Below, one piece after another: positions 1 to 9,672 of a DNA stretch of 43,762 bases. Made by a program: the position numbers and the translations under genes. The DNA is taken from sequence record SRR22947727_1330; one strand, 5' to 3'. Below the pieces are notes generated by a model. It saw nothing but the letters and a program-made list of their open reading frames with translations. It was not told the DNA's origin and ran no database searches. Position 1 is the first letter of the stretch. Each line of letters opens with the position of its first letter.

Positions 1-54
1 TAGAGCGTCGGATTCATAACCCGGAGGTCGCGGGATCGTGCCCCGCTCTCGCTA
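1..54 (+). tRNA. tRNA-Met (CAT), 5'-truncated by the window edge; probably elongator
   Basis: D-arm end TAGAGC; anticodon arm TCGGA-TTCATAA-CCCGG with CAT at 15-17; variable loop AGGTC; T stem GCGGG/CCCGC; acceptor 3' strand TCTCGCT plus discriminator A54. CCA is not encoded. It lacks the three consecutive G-C anticodon-stem pairs of initiator tRNA. Ile2 cannot be fully excluded. Confidence 0.9.
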
Positions 55-55
55 C

Positions 56-86
56 AAAAATCCTAGTTAAAACTAGGGTTTTTTTA
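56..86 (+). terminator. Intrinsic terminator after the tRNA
   Basis: Hairpin TCCTAGT-TAAA-ACTAGGG followed by a T run. Confidence 0.8.
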
Positions 87-141
87 TGCTTTTAATTCAC
101 AGATAAGCCTTAAACAATGAATCACTTATTCTGCCATTCCT

Positions 142-149
142 TATATTTG
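142..149 (+). promoter_or_regulatory. Bacteroidota -7 promoter element (TAnnTTTG) for the DUF294 operon
   Basis: TATATTTG ending 17 nt before ATG 167. Confidence 0.7.
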
Positions 150-166
150 CAGGGCAATCATTTCCT

Positions 167-2083
167 ATGAAAAATACCATTAGCCACAGAGTAGCAGACT
201 TTCTAAAGGGCTTTCCACCATTTAATATGTTATCTATTGAAGTTTTAGAAGATATTGCTATGGAAATAAACATACAATATCTAGATAAAGAGGGGCTGGT
301 GTTCAAAGAAGGAGACAATCCTCATACTAATTTTTATGTGGTGCATAAAGGTGCTGTTGCATTGCGTAAAGCACCTCAAAATGAGATGGTAGACCTTTGT
401 GACGAAGGAGATATTTTTGGATTAAGACCATTAATGGCTCAAGAGAATTACAAAATGGAAGCCAAGGCATATGAGGAAACCATTTTGTATTGCATTCCTA
501 TTGAAGTCTTTAAGCCCTATGCCTTAAAGAACAAAGCAATCGGAAATTTCTTATTGGAGAGTTTCGCTTCAAATACAAGAAATCCATATGCAAAAAACCA
601 TAGGGGAAAACTATATGGAGAGACTAGTTCAGAAGAAACTGAGGCAGTAGTTCCGTTGTTTGACGTTCAACAAGTGCGATGGTCTAAAAACATCATCAGT
701 TGTGAAACAAGTACACCTATAACTGTATTGGCCAGTGCTATGAGGGCAAATAAGATTGGTGCAATACTCGTTTTAAAAGACAAACTACCCATTGGTATTA
801 TCACTGATAAAGACTTGAGGAATAAAATTGGTACTGGAGAAATTCCAATCAGTGGCACTGCATTTGAAATAATGAGTAGCCCTGTAATTACCTATCCCGA
901 AGAACTTACAGTAACCCAAGCCCAAATGGGCATGATGGCCACTGGAGTAAGTCATTTATGTATTACCAAAGATGGAACACCCCATACCAAAGCGGTAGGC
1001 ATTGTTTCCAAACACGACATTATGCTCTCCGTTGGAAATAACCCCTCCGTTTTAATCAAAGCCATTCAAAGGGCTTCTAAAACCAAAGAGGTGAAAAGAA
1101 TTCGTTTGAGTATTATGAAATTATTGAGGGGGTATTTACAACAAGGTATTCCAATGACCATAACTTCAAAAATAATTTCTGAATTAAACAATGCGTGTAC
1201 CAGACAAATTATTACACTGAATTTAAAAAAAATGGAGACCCCTCCACCCTGCTCTTTTGTATGGTTGGCTATAGGAAGTCAGGGAAGAAATGAACAATTG
1301 CTTCAAACAGATCAGGACAACGCTATCATTTTTGAAAAAGAAAGTACTGCTGAAGGGGAACCCCATAAAGAATACTTCCTAGAATTGGCCAAAAAAATCA
1401 ATAAAGGGCTTATGAAAATTGGCTACGAATACTGCCCTGCAGACATGATGGCCTCTAATCCAAAATGGTGTTTAGACCTTGAGAGTTGGAAGAAAAATGT
1501 AAGCTATTGGATCAGTAACCCTGGTAAAAACGAAGTGCTGCTGTCTTCTATCTTTTTTGATTTCAATGCTGTGTATGGCAATACCAAACTTTCTGATGCA
1601 CTGTCAGACGTTATTTTTGACACCCTTAAGGAATTTCCAGTTTTCACCACTCATTTGGCCAGTGGCGCCCTTCAAAGCCCGCCTCCATCTGGATTTTTTA
1701 GAAAATTTTTAGTGGAACATGACGGTGCTAATAAAGACAATTTTGATCTTAAGAGAAGAACCCTTATGCCTCTTACAGATGCTGCTAGAGTATTGGTTTT
1801 ATCTCATTTTGTAAAAGGAATTAACAATACAGCAGCGCGCTTTGAAAAGTTGGCTACACTGGAGCCCAATAATAAAGACTTGTACCTCTCTTGCTCATAT
1901 GCGACCAAAGCATTGCTAAAGTTTAGAACCAAACAGGGTATTCTTCATCGCGACTCTGGTCGCTACTTGGATTTAAATAGCCTGAGCAAAGAAGAACGCG
2001 TAAAATTAAAAAGGACTTTTAAAACCATTAAAGAGATTCAAGAACTGATTAATATTAGATTTAAAGTATCCCAATTATTGTGA
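167..2083 (+). CDS. cNMP-binding-fold + tandem CBS + DUF294 nucleotidyltransferase-like + DUF294_C signalling protein
   Basis: N-terminal cNMP-like domain (VFKEGD, YVVHKGAV, EGDIFG); CBS motifs GIITDKDLR and GIVSKHDI; Pol-beta-type NTase motif GSQGRNEQLLQTDQDN; CPADMMASNPKW; C-terminal FDLK. Confidence 0.9.
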   Translation: MKNTISHRVADFLKGFPPFNMLSIEVLEDIAMEINIQYLDKEGLVFKEGDNPHTNFYVVHKGAVALRKAPQNEMVDLCDEGDIFGLRPLMAQENYKMEAKAYEETILYCIPIEVFKPYALKNKAIGNFLLESFASNTRNPYAKNHRGKLYGETSSEETEAVVPLFDVQQVRWSKNIISCETSTPITVLASAMRANKIGAILVLKDKLPIGIITDKDLRNKIGTGEIPISGTAFEIMSSPVITYPEELTVTQAQMGMMATGVSHLCITKDGTPHTKAVGIVSKHDIMLSVGNNPSVLIKAIQRASKTKEVKRIRLSIMKLLRGYLQQGIPMTITSKIISELNNACTRQIITLNLKKMETPPPCSFVWLAIGSQGRNEQLLQTDQDNAIIFEKESTAEGEPHKEYFLELAKKINKGLMKIGYEYCPADMMASNPKWCLDLESWKKNVSYWISNPGKNEVLLSSIFFDFNAVYGNTKLSDALSDVIFDTLKEFPVFTTHLASGALQSPPPSGFFRKFLVEHDGANKDNFDLKRRTLMPLTDAARVLVLSHFVKGINNTAARFEKLATLEPNNKDLYLSCSYATKALLKFRTKQGILHRDSGRYLDLNSLSKEERVKLKRTFKTIKEIQELINIRFKVSQLL

Positions 2084-2757
2084 TCTTTCCTTTTTTTAAA
2101 AATACACGGACCAAATCGCCCATAATTCTTCCCAAATTTTGGATGAATTATGCTGCACTATTTCTTAAAGAGGAAGCTGTAGATAGTCAAAGTAAATTTA
2201 TTGTTATAGATACTGAAACTACTGGTTTTGACTATGAAAAGGACAGAATACTGTGCATTGGAGCTGTTTTATTGGAAAAAAGTCAAATCGCAGTAAAAGA
2301 TAGTTTTGAAGTGTATTTAACCCAAGATCACTATAACAGTGACAGTACACCCATACATGGTATCTTAAAAGAAGAAAAGAAAGAAAAGACTGCAGAAATT
2401 GAGGCATTAAAAAGCTTTTTAACTTATATAGGCAATGCACCTATTATTGCGCATCATACCATGTTTGACGTTAATATGATCAATAAAGCACTGCACAGAC
2501 AAGGGCTGCCTTCGTTAAAAAATAAACTTTTAGATACCGTAGTATTATACAAGAAAAGCCTATTGAGAAGTCCGCTGATTGAGAAAAAAGACCATTATAG
2601 CCTAGACGAATTGGCAGACAAGTTCAATATTTCAAAAAAAGACAGGCATACCGCTTTAGGAGATGCCTACATCACCGCCCTATTGTTTCTAAAAATTATA
2701 AAAAAACTAAAAGAAAAAACAGGACAGTTAAAATTTAAAAGGCTTTTTATTGATTAA
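2080..2757 (+). CDS. DEDDh 3'-5' exonuclease family protein (DnaQ/PolC-exo-like)
   Basis: ExoI VIDTETTG, ExoII AHHTMFD, ExoIII HTALGDA; GTG start overlaps the upstream TGA (GTGA). Confidence 0.88.
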   Translation: MIFPFFKNTRTKSPIILPKFWMNYAALFLKEEAVDSQSKFIVIDTETTGFDYEKDRILCIGAVLLEKSQIAVKDSFEVYLTQDHYNSDSTPIHGILKEEKKEKTAEIEALKSFLTYIGNAPIIAHHTMFDVNMINKALHRQGLPSLKNKLLDTVVLYKKSLLRSPLIEKKDHYSLDELADKFNISKKDRHTALGDAYITALLFLKIIKKLKEKTGQLKFKRLFID

Positions 2758-2800
2758 ATCAATTGGTTTTAAAGAGGTTTATTCTTCCTGATTTTTTTAA

Positions 2801-4708
2801 CTAAAGGGATTCCTTCATAATTTCTGCTACAACTTCAGGGTTTAATAAGGTGGAGGTGTCGCCCAAATTAGATGTGTCTTTAGAAGCTATTTTTCTGAGT
2901 ATTCTCCTCATAATCTTACCGCTCCTGGTTTTTGGAAGACCAGATACAAATTGAATCTTATCTAACTTTGCTATGGGACCAATATGCTCTGTAATGACCT
3001 GATTGATTTCTTTTCGTAGATTATCTCGGTCTCTGCCCTCTCCTGATTCCTTCAATATAACGTAACCGTAGAGCGCATTTCCTTTAATATCATGAGGAAA
3101 ACCTACAATAGCAGATTCTGCTACAGCTGGGTGCTCATTAATACTATCTTCTATGGGCGCTGTTCCTAAATTATGTCCCGAAACAATAATTACGTCGTCT
3201 ACCCTTCCTGTAATTCTATAATAGCCAACTTCATCCCTTAGGGCTCCGTCTCCTGTGAAATACATGCCTTTAAAAGCAGAGAAATAAGTGTCTTTATACC
3301 GCTGATGGTCTCCCCAAATTGTCCTTGCAATAGAGGGCCATGGGAATTTAATGCAAAGCCTACCGTCTACTTGGTTGCCTTTTATTTCTGCTCCATTCTC
3401 ATCCATAAGCGCTGGCTGAATTCCTGGCATAGGTAAGGTTGCATAGGTAGGAATGGTAGGTGTTACAAAAGGAATGGGTGAAATTAAAATACCTCCAGTT
3501 TCAGTTTGCCACCAGGTGTCTACAATAGGGCATTTCTTCTTGCCAATATGATCATTATACCAATGCCATGCTTCTTCGTTAATAGGCTCTCCAACAGTTC
3601 CTAGTATTCTTAAGGAAGACAAATCATGAGAAGTGACATAATCTAAATTTTCTTTTGCTAGCGCCCTTATTGCTGTAGGAGCAGTATAAAGTTGTGTAAT
3701 TTTATGCTTGTCTATAATATCCCAAAACCTGGAGTAATCCGGATAGGAAGGCACTCCTTCAAACATGACTGTAGTGGCTCCGTTAGCTAAGGGTCCGTAG
3801 ACAATATAAGAATGCCCTGTGATCCAACCAATGTCTGCGGTACACCAATAGACGTCGTTTTCCTTTTGTTGAAAAACATTTTTAAAAGTATATGCTGTAT
3901 AGACCATATAACCCGCCGTAGTATGCAGCATGCCTTTAGGTTTACCTGTAGACCCTGAAGTATATAAAACAAATAGAGGGTCTTCTGATTCCATTACTTC
4001 TGGCACACAATCTCCATAAGCGTCATCTAACAACGGCTGTAACCAATAGTCCCTTCCTTCTTCCATATGAATTTCCGCATGGGTTCTCTTAGCGACCAAT
4101 ACAGAAGCAACACCAGGACAATCTTCCAAGGCTTCATCTACAATTCCTTTCAGGTCAATAGATTTTGCCCCTCTAAAAGAGCCATCTGAGGTAATGAGCA
4201 TTTTTGCCCCACAATCATTGATTCTTGTAGAAAGTGCTGTAGCAGAAAAACCTGCAAAAACTACGGAATGAACAGCGCCTATCCTAGCGCAAGCCAATAC
4301 CGCTATTGCCAATTCAGGAATCATAGGCAAATAAATACACACCCTATCCCCCTTACCAATACCTTGGGCTTTTAACACATTGGCAAACTTACATACACGT
4401 TCATGTAGTTGCCTATAAGTGATATGTATGGCCGGCTCTTTAGGATCATTTGGTTCAAATAAAATAGCCGTTTTATCTCCCCTTGTATATAAATGCCTGT
4501 CAATACAATTTTCTGTAATATTCAGTTGGGCACCTTTAAACCAAGAGATTTCTGCTTTCTCAAAGTCCCAATCCAATACCTGATCCCACTTTTTACGCCA
4601 CATAAAATGCTCTTCTGCCACTTCGCTCCAAAAAAGCTCTGGATCTCTGACAGATTTTCTATAGACACTAAAGTATTCTTCTAAGTGCTTAATGTGATAA
4701 TTACTCAT
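2801..4708 (-). CDS. acs: Acetate--CoA ligase (AMP-forming acetyl-CoA synthetase)
   Basis: YTSGSTGKPKG, WCTADIGWITGHSY, DTWWQTETGG and PKTRSGKIMRR motifs. Confidence 0.97.
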   Translation of the reverse strand: MSNYHIKHLEEYFSVYRKSVRDPELFWSEVAEEHFMWRKKWDQVLDWDFEKAEISWFKGAQLNITENCIDRHLYTRGDKTAILFEPNDPKEPAIHITYRQLHERVCKFANVLKAQGIGKGDRVCIYLPMIPELAIAVLACARIGAVHSVVFAGFSATALSTRINDCGAKMLITSDGSFRGAKSIDLKGIVDEALEDCPGVASVLVAKRTHAEIHMEEGRDYWLQPLLDDAYGDCVPEVMESEDPLFVLYTSGSTGKPKGMLHTTAGYMVYTAYTFKNVFQQKENDVYWCTADIGWITGHSYIVYGPLANGATTVMFEGVPSYPDYSRFWDIIDKHKITQLYTAPTAIRALAKENLDYVTSHDLSSLRILGTVGEPINEEAWHWYNDHIGKKKCPIVDTWWQTETGGILISPIPFVTPTIPTYATLPMPGIQPALMDENGAEIKGNQVDGRLCIKFPWPSIARTIWGDHQRYKDTYFSAFKGMYFTGDGALRDEVGYYRITGRVDDVIIVSGHNLGTAPIEDSINEHPAVAESAIVGFPHDIKGNALYGYVILKESGEGRDRDNLRKEINQVITEHIGPIAKLDKIQFVSGLPKTRSGKIMRRILRKIASKDTSNLGDTSTLLNPEVVAEIMKESL

Positions 4709-4748
4709 GATTTTGGTTGTTTATGTTGGTTATTTGGTAGTTGTTATT

Positions 4749-6449
4749 TTAATGATTTACTGAAGGGGTATTCACGCCACTAGGTATTCTTATATTTTCT
4801 ACAATTTCTTGAACCTCTAGTGGAGGTGCAGCGGTGAAACGGCATACTGTTAGAGACACTATGAAGTTCACTACCATGGCTACTGATCCAAATCCTTCAG
4901 GAGATATTCCGAACCACCATTCTGAAGCAGGTGGGGTGTCTCCCAACCAACCTAGTTTAAATTTAGCCATGTAAAATAACATGAGTAAAATACCCACAAC
5001 CATACCTGAAACAGCACCTTCTTTATTCATTCTCTTATAGAAAATTCCCAATATAATTGCAGGAAAAAGAGAGGCCGCAGCCAATCCAAAGGCTAAGGCT
5101 ACTACAGCTGCCACAAATCCTGGTGGATTGATTCCAAAATATCCCGCAACACAAACCGCCACCACTGCAGACAATCTAGCTGCAAGAAGTTCTCCTTTGT
5201 CAGAGATGGTTGGCATGAAAATCTTTTTGATTAAATCATGTGATACAGAAGCTGAAATAACCAGCAATAATCCTGCTGCTGTAGATAATGCTGCAGCCAA
5301 ACAACCAGCTGCTACAAGAGCAATAACCCAAGCAGGTAGGTTGGCAATTTCAGGATTGGCTAAAACCATAATGTCTGGATCAACTTTAAGCTCATTTATT
5401 TGGGGGTCTGCCACATATTGTACTTTACCGTCTTGATTTTTGTCTTCAAAGGTTAAAAGACCTGTTTTTTCCCAGTTTTTGAACCATTCAGGCATGCCTT
5501 CGTAAGACTTGTCGCTCACTGTTTCAATTAAATTTACCCTAGCAAATACAGCTACCGCAGGTGCTGTGGTATATAAAACAGCAATTAACAACAAGGCCAA
5601 TCCAGCAGATTTCCTAGCATCTTTTACTTTTTTAACGGTAAAAAACCTTACAATTACATGGGGTAAACCTGCCGTACCTACCATCAAGGCTAGCGTAATG
5701 GCTAAAATATCTATCCTATCTTTAGACCCTTCCGTATATTCATTAAAACCAAGTTCTGTTGAAAGACCATTTAGTTTTTCTAATAAATACACCCCAGAGC
5801 CATCATTTAAAGTGTCCCCCATACCTAATTGCGGAATTGGGTTTCCTGTCATTTGAATCGAGATAAAAATAGCGGGTACCATAAAAGCAAAAATAAGTAC
5901 ACAATACTGGGCTACTTGGGTGTATGTAATTCCCTTCATTCCTCCTAATACAGCATAAAACAACACAATGATCATTCCAATGATAACTCCGGTATTAATG
6001 TCTACTTCTAAGAATCTTGAGAACACTACACCTACCCCACGCATCTGACCGGCTACATAGGTAAACGAAACTAGTAAAGCACATACCACAGCTACAATTC
6101 TAGCAGTATCTGAATAATACCTGTCACCAATAAAATCTGGTACTGTAAATTTTCCGAATTTTCTTAAATAGGGTGCCAAAAGTAATGCCAAAAGCACATA
6201 GCCTCCAGTCCAACCCATTAAGTAAACAGATCCGTCATAGCCAGTAAAAGATATGATTCCTGCCATGGATATAAATGAAGCGGCAGACATCCAATCTGCA
6301 GCAGTAGCCATTCCATTTGCTAAGGGTGAAACCCCACCTCCTGCAACATAAAAATCTTTGGTTGAACCAGCTCTAGACCAAATAGCTATTCCAATGTAAA
6401 GGGCAAAAGTGATGCCTACTATAATATAAGTCCAAACTTGAACACTCAT
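4749..6449 (-). CDS. Sodium:solute symporter, ActP-like (probable acetate/monocarboxylate permease)
   Basis: NGMATAADWMSAASF, GKFTVPDF, GTAGLPHVIVRFFTV; many TM helices; directly upstream of acs. Confidence 0.9.
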   Translation of the reverse strand: MSVQVWTYIIVGITFALYIGIAIWSRAGSTKDFYVAGGGVSPLANGMATAADWMSAASFISMAGIISFTGYDGSVYLMGWTGGYVLLALLLAPYLRKFGKFTVPDFIGDRYYSDTARIVAVVCALLVSFTYVAGQMRGVGVVFSRFLEVDINTGVIIGMIIVLFYAVLGGMKGITYTQVAQYCVLIFAFMVPAIFISIQMTGNPIPQLGMGDTLNDGSGVYLLEKLNGLSTELGFNEYTEGSKDRIDILAITLALMVGTAGLPHVIVRFFTVKKVKDARKSAGLALLLIAVLYTTAPAVAVFARVNLIETVSDKSYEGMPEWFKNWEKTGLLTFEDKNQDGKVQYVADPQINELKVDPDIMVLANPEIANLPAWVIALVAAGCLAAALSTAAGLLLVISASVSHDLIKKIFMPTISDKGELLAARLSAVVAVCVAGYFGINPPGFVAAVVALAFGLAAASLFPAIILGIFYKRMNKEGAVSGMVVGILLMLFYMAKFKLGWLGDTPPASEWWFGISPEGFGSVAMVVNFIVSLTVCRFTAAPPLEVQEIVENIRIPSGVNTPSVNH

Positions 6450-6477
6450 AATTTAAAGGAATTTAATATGATATTTA

Positions 6478-6735
6478 CTAATCTTCAAACCCAAATCGTT
6501 TGTCTAGCCTATTCATTAAAAAGACATAGGTAAAGATCAATACCACAAAAATGTAAATTGAACCCTGTTGTGCAAACCAAAAACCCAAAGGAAAACCTCC
6601 TATCTTAAAATTATTGAGTGCGTCTACAAAGAATACACTCAGGCCAAATGAACCTAAAAACCATATAAATAAGAGAATTGACAAATACTTTAAATTTATT
6701 CTCCAGTATTTTTGAGCAGAAATCTTTTGATCCAT
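6478..6735 (-). CDS. DUF4212 small membrane subunit of the solute symporter
   Basis: GFPLGFWFAQQGSI motif, two TM segments; ATG 6735 preferred over the ORF-track start at 6753. Confidence 0.88.
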   Translation of the reverse strand: MDQKISAQKYWRINLKYLSILLFIWFLGSFGLSVFFVDALNNFKIGGFPLGFWFAQQGSIYIFVVLIFTYVFLMNRLDKRFGFED

Positions 6736-6760
6736 AATAGCTTTGATAATCAACTAAATA

Positions 6761-6790
6761 TAAAAAAAAATCCCAAAAATATGGGGATTC
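6761..6790 (-). terminator. Intrinsic terminator after purC
   Basis: Minus strand AATCCC-CATATTTTT-GGGATT followed by a T run. Confidence 0.6.
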
Positions 6791-6814
6791 TTATCTAGTA
6801 TATACAAAACACTG

Positions 6815-7762
6815 TTACTTCAAGAAATCAAGTACATTTTGTTCAATTCTAGTTTGAATATTTTCTACTGGAGCTTTCACAAAAGTTTCTCCTGTGATGT
6901 TTTCGTATAATTCAATATAACGTTCAGAAACGGAAGCGATATAATCATCTGACATTTCAGGAAGCGTCTGTCCTTCCAAGCCCTGGAAGTTGTGGCTAAT
7001 GAGCCACTGCCTCACAAACTCTTTAGAGAGTTGTTTTTGCGCTTCTCCAGCAGCTTGTCTTTCTTCATAGCCGTCTGCATAAAAATATCGTGAAGAGTCC
7101 GGGGTGTGAATCTCGTCTATTAAAACAATTTCTCCAGAAGCTGTTTTTCCAAACTCATACTTAGTGTCTACTAAAATTAACCCCCGCTGTGCGGCTAGAG
7201 CTGTACCCCTTTCAAAAAGGGCATAAGTGTATTTTTCCAACACTTCATAATCTTCTTTAGACACAATCCCTCTAGCCAGAATATCTTCTCTAGAAATATC
7301 TTCATCGTGGTCTCCCAATTCTGCCTTTGTAGCGGGGGTGATGATTGGAGCAGGAAAAGCATCATTTTCTTTAAGCCCCTCTGGCATAGAAACACCACAC
7401 AGGATTCTTTTCCCAGCTTTGTATTCTCTTGCCGCATGACCAGACAGGTATCCCCTAATAACCATTTCTACTTTAAATGGTTCACAGGATTGCCCAATCG
7501 CTACATTTGGATCAGGGGTAGCCGTAAGCCAATTAGGTACAATATCTTTTGTAGCCTCCATCATCTTGGTGGCAATCTGATTGAGTATTTGCCCTTTATA
7601 AGGTATTCCTCTTGGCATAACAACGTCAAATGCTGAAAGCCTGTCGGTAGCTATCATTACTAGCAAATCATTTTCTAAAGCGTATACCTCTCTTACCTTT
7701 CCTTTGTACACACTTTTTTGTCCTGGAAAATTAAAATTGGTATCTGTAATTGTATGGGTCAT
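6815..7762 (-). CDS. purC: Phosphoribosylaminoimidazolesuccinocarboxamide (SAICAR) synthase
   Basis: [40 protein letters not shown] 7762 chosen because it avoids overlap with phoH. Confidence 0.96.
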   Translation of the reverse strand: MTHTITDTNFNFPGQKSVYKGKVREVYALENDLLVMIATDRLSAFDVVMPRGIPYKGQILNQIATKMMEATKDIVPNWLTATPDPNVAIGQSCEPFKVEMVIRGYLSGHAAREYKAGKRILCGVSMPEGLKENDAFPAPIITPATKAELGDHDEDISREDILARGIVSKEDYEVLEKYTYALFERGTALAAQRGLILVDTKYEFGKTASGEIVLIDEIHTPDSSRYFYADGYEERQAAGEAQKQLSKEFVRQWLISHNFQGLEGQTLPEMSDDYIASVSERYIELYENITGETFVKAPVENIQTRIEQNVLDFLK

Positions 7763-7766
7763 TCTA

Positions 7767-8720
7767 TTAATTTTGGTGTTCGATAGTTTTATAGGCTTCA
7801 ATTACTTTTTTAACCAATTTATGTCTTATAACGTCTTTGTCATCTAAATAGACAATGGAAACCCCTTCAATATTTTGAAGGATTAACAAGGCTTCCTTTA
7901 ATCCAGAAGTAATTCTTCTTGGCAAATCTATCTGTCCGGGATCTCCAGTAACCATGAACTTAGCACTTTTTCCCATTCTAGTGAGAAACATTTTCATCTG
8001 TGCATGGGTGGTATTCTGGGCTTCGTCTAAAATCACAAAAGCATGGTCCAACGTTCTACCTCTCATAAAAGCAAGAGGAGCAATCTGTATGGTGCCGTTT
8101 TCAATGTACAAGGCCAGTTTCTCTGGACTAATCATATCTCTCAGGGCGTCGTATAAAGGCTGCATATAGGGATCTAATTTTTCTTTTAAATCTCCTGGTA
8201 AAAACCCTAAATTTTCTCCTGCCTCAACTGCAGGTCTAGTCAATATGATTCTTTTAACCTGCTTTTCTTTCAAAGCTTTTACTGCCATAGCGACACCTGT
8301 ATAAGTCTTACCAGTTCCTGCTGGACCAATGGCAAATACCATATCATTTTTAGCCATGGCGTTCACCACCTTTCTCTGATTGGGTGTTTGGGCTTTAATT
8401 AATCTTCCTGAAACGCCATGAAGAATTACATCTCCAACAGTTTGCAACACCTCTAGTTCGTCCGGAGAAGTATCACTCAACAGAGCAGCTGCAGCAGCAG
8501 GATCAATTTTATTGTATTTGGCAAAATGGGCGGTGAGTTTGTCAAATTTTTGTTCAAAATCATTGAGCTCAGACTCACTGCCATAAGCCTTAATTTTACT
8601 CCCCCTAGCTATGATTTTAAGTTTTGGAAAATGTTCTTTTAAAAGAGCGACTGTTTCATTGTTCTGCCCAAAAAAATCTCTGGGACTTACGTCTGTAATT
8701 TCAATTATGATTTCGTTCAA
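7767..8720 (-). CDS. phoH: PhoH family ATPase
   Basis: [40 protein letters not shown] start. Confidence 0.93.
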   Translation of the reverse strand: MNEIIIEITDVSPRDFFGQNNETVALLKEHFPKLKIIARGSKIKAYGSESELNDFEQKFDKLTAHFAKYNKIDPAAAAALLSDTSPDELEVLQTVGDVILHGVSGRLIKAQTPNQRKVVNAMAKNDMVFAIGPAGTGKTYTGVAMAVKALKEKQVKRIILTRPAVEAGENLGFLPGDLKEKLDPYMQPLYDALRDMISPEKLALYIENGTIQIAPLAFMRGRTLDHAFVILDEAQNTTHAQMKMFLTRMGKSAKFMVTGDPGQIDLPRRITSGLKEALLILQNIEGVSIVYLDDKDVIRHKLVKKVIEAYKTIEHQN

Positions 8721-8765
8721 ATGAAAAGTTTTACTTAGGTTCTACAATCTGTCTTTTAATGCCCG

Positions 8766-8796
8766 TAAATTTGTGTAATTTTGTAAGACAAACTTA
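8766..8796. promoter_or_regulatory. Closely packed divergent -7 elements for phoH (minus) and the DUF62 gene (plus)
   Basis: Plus strand TAAATTTG 8766-8773 and TAATTTTG 8776-8783; minus strand TAAGTTTG 8796-8789. Confidence 0.65.
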
Positions 8797-8841
8797 CGCA
8801 AAAAAATAGTTTGATATCTTATAAAAATATTAACAGCGTGT

Positions 8842-9672
8842 ATGGCTATCATTACCTTAACTACAGATTTTGGGACAAAAGACCACTTTGTTTCCGCCAT
8901 TAAAGGAGCCATTCACTGCGAGCTTGAGCACCCAATTATTGTTGACATCTCTCACGAAATAAGTCCATTCAATATTCAGGAATGTGCTTATATCTTAAAA
9001 AATGCTTACACCCATTTCCCAAAAGGGAGTATTCATATTGTTGGTGTAGATGGAGAGAAAACACCAGAAAACCCACATATTGTAGTTTTTGTAGACGGAC
9101 ACTATTTTATCTCAGCGAATACCGGCGTAGTCCATTTAATATGCACCAGTATAAAGCCAGATAAAGTAGTAAGTATTCAATTACCTCACTCAGAAGAAAC
9201 AGCCTTCCCTACCCTAGATATTTTCGTGAAAGTAGCCTGCCATATTGTTAGGGGTGGTACTTTAGATGTTATTGGAAAACCATTCAATGACTTAAAAGAG
9301 TTAATTGATTTTAAACCCAAGGTAGACGCAGACGAAAGGAGCATCCGCGGTAGCGTCATTTACATTGACAATTATGGAAATGTGGTGACCAATATTAGCC
9401 AGCAGTTGTTTCAAGAACACCAAAAAGGAAGGGATTTCAAAATAAGGGCCAGACACGCCAGTATCACTAAAATCCATAAAAGGTATTCGGACATTATTCG
9501 TTTTGACTTGGAAAAAGAAAAGCGAAAAGGAGATGGAGAATTATTGGCTATTTTTAATAAGGCTGGCTATATAGAAATTGCCATTTACAAAAGCAATCTT
9601 CAAACAAGTGGTGGCGCTTCCAGTCTTTTAGGCTTGGATTACTTAGACAGTATTAGCCTAGAATTTGACTAA
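8842..9672 (+). CDS. SAM-dependent chlorinase/fluorinase family protein (DUF62, SAM hydroxide adenosyltransferase-like)
   Basis: IITLTTDFG, DISHEISPFNI, FPKGSIH, YIDNYGNVVTNI. Confidence 0.9.
   Translation: MAIITLTTDFGTKDHFVSAIKGAIHCELEHPIIVDISHEISPFNIQECAYILKNAYTHFPKGSIHIVGVDGEKTPENPHIVVFVDGHYFISANTGVVHLICTSIKPDKVVSIQLPHSEETAFPTLDIFVKVACHIVRGGTLDVIGKPFNDLKELIDFKPKVDADERSIRGSVIYIDNYGNVVTNISQQLFQEHQKGRDFKIRARHASITKIHKRYSDIIRFDLEKEKRKGDGELLAIFNKAGYIEIAIYKSNLQTSGGASSLLGLDYLDSISLEFD

Noticed and set aside
167-2757. NTase + nuclease pair as an anti-phage system (CBASS-like) or as the replicative dnaQ
   Set aside because: The NTase is the GlnD-like DUF294 type fused to CBS/cNMP sensors, there are no defence-type neighbours, and the context is metabolic.
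8842-9672. A true fluorinase/chlorinase implying halometabolite biosynthesis
   Set aside because: The gene sits in housekeeping context with no biosynthetic cluster, and the family label alone does not imply halogenation.
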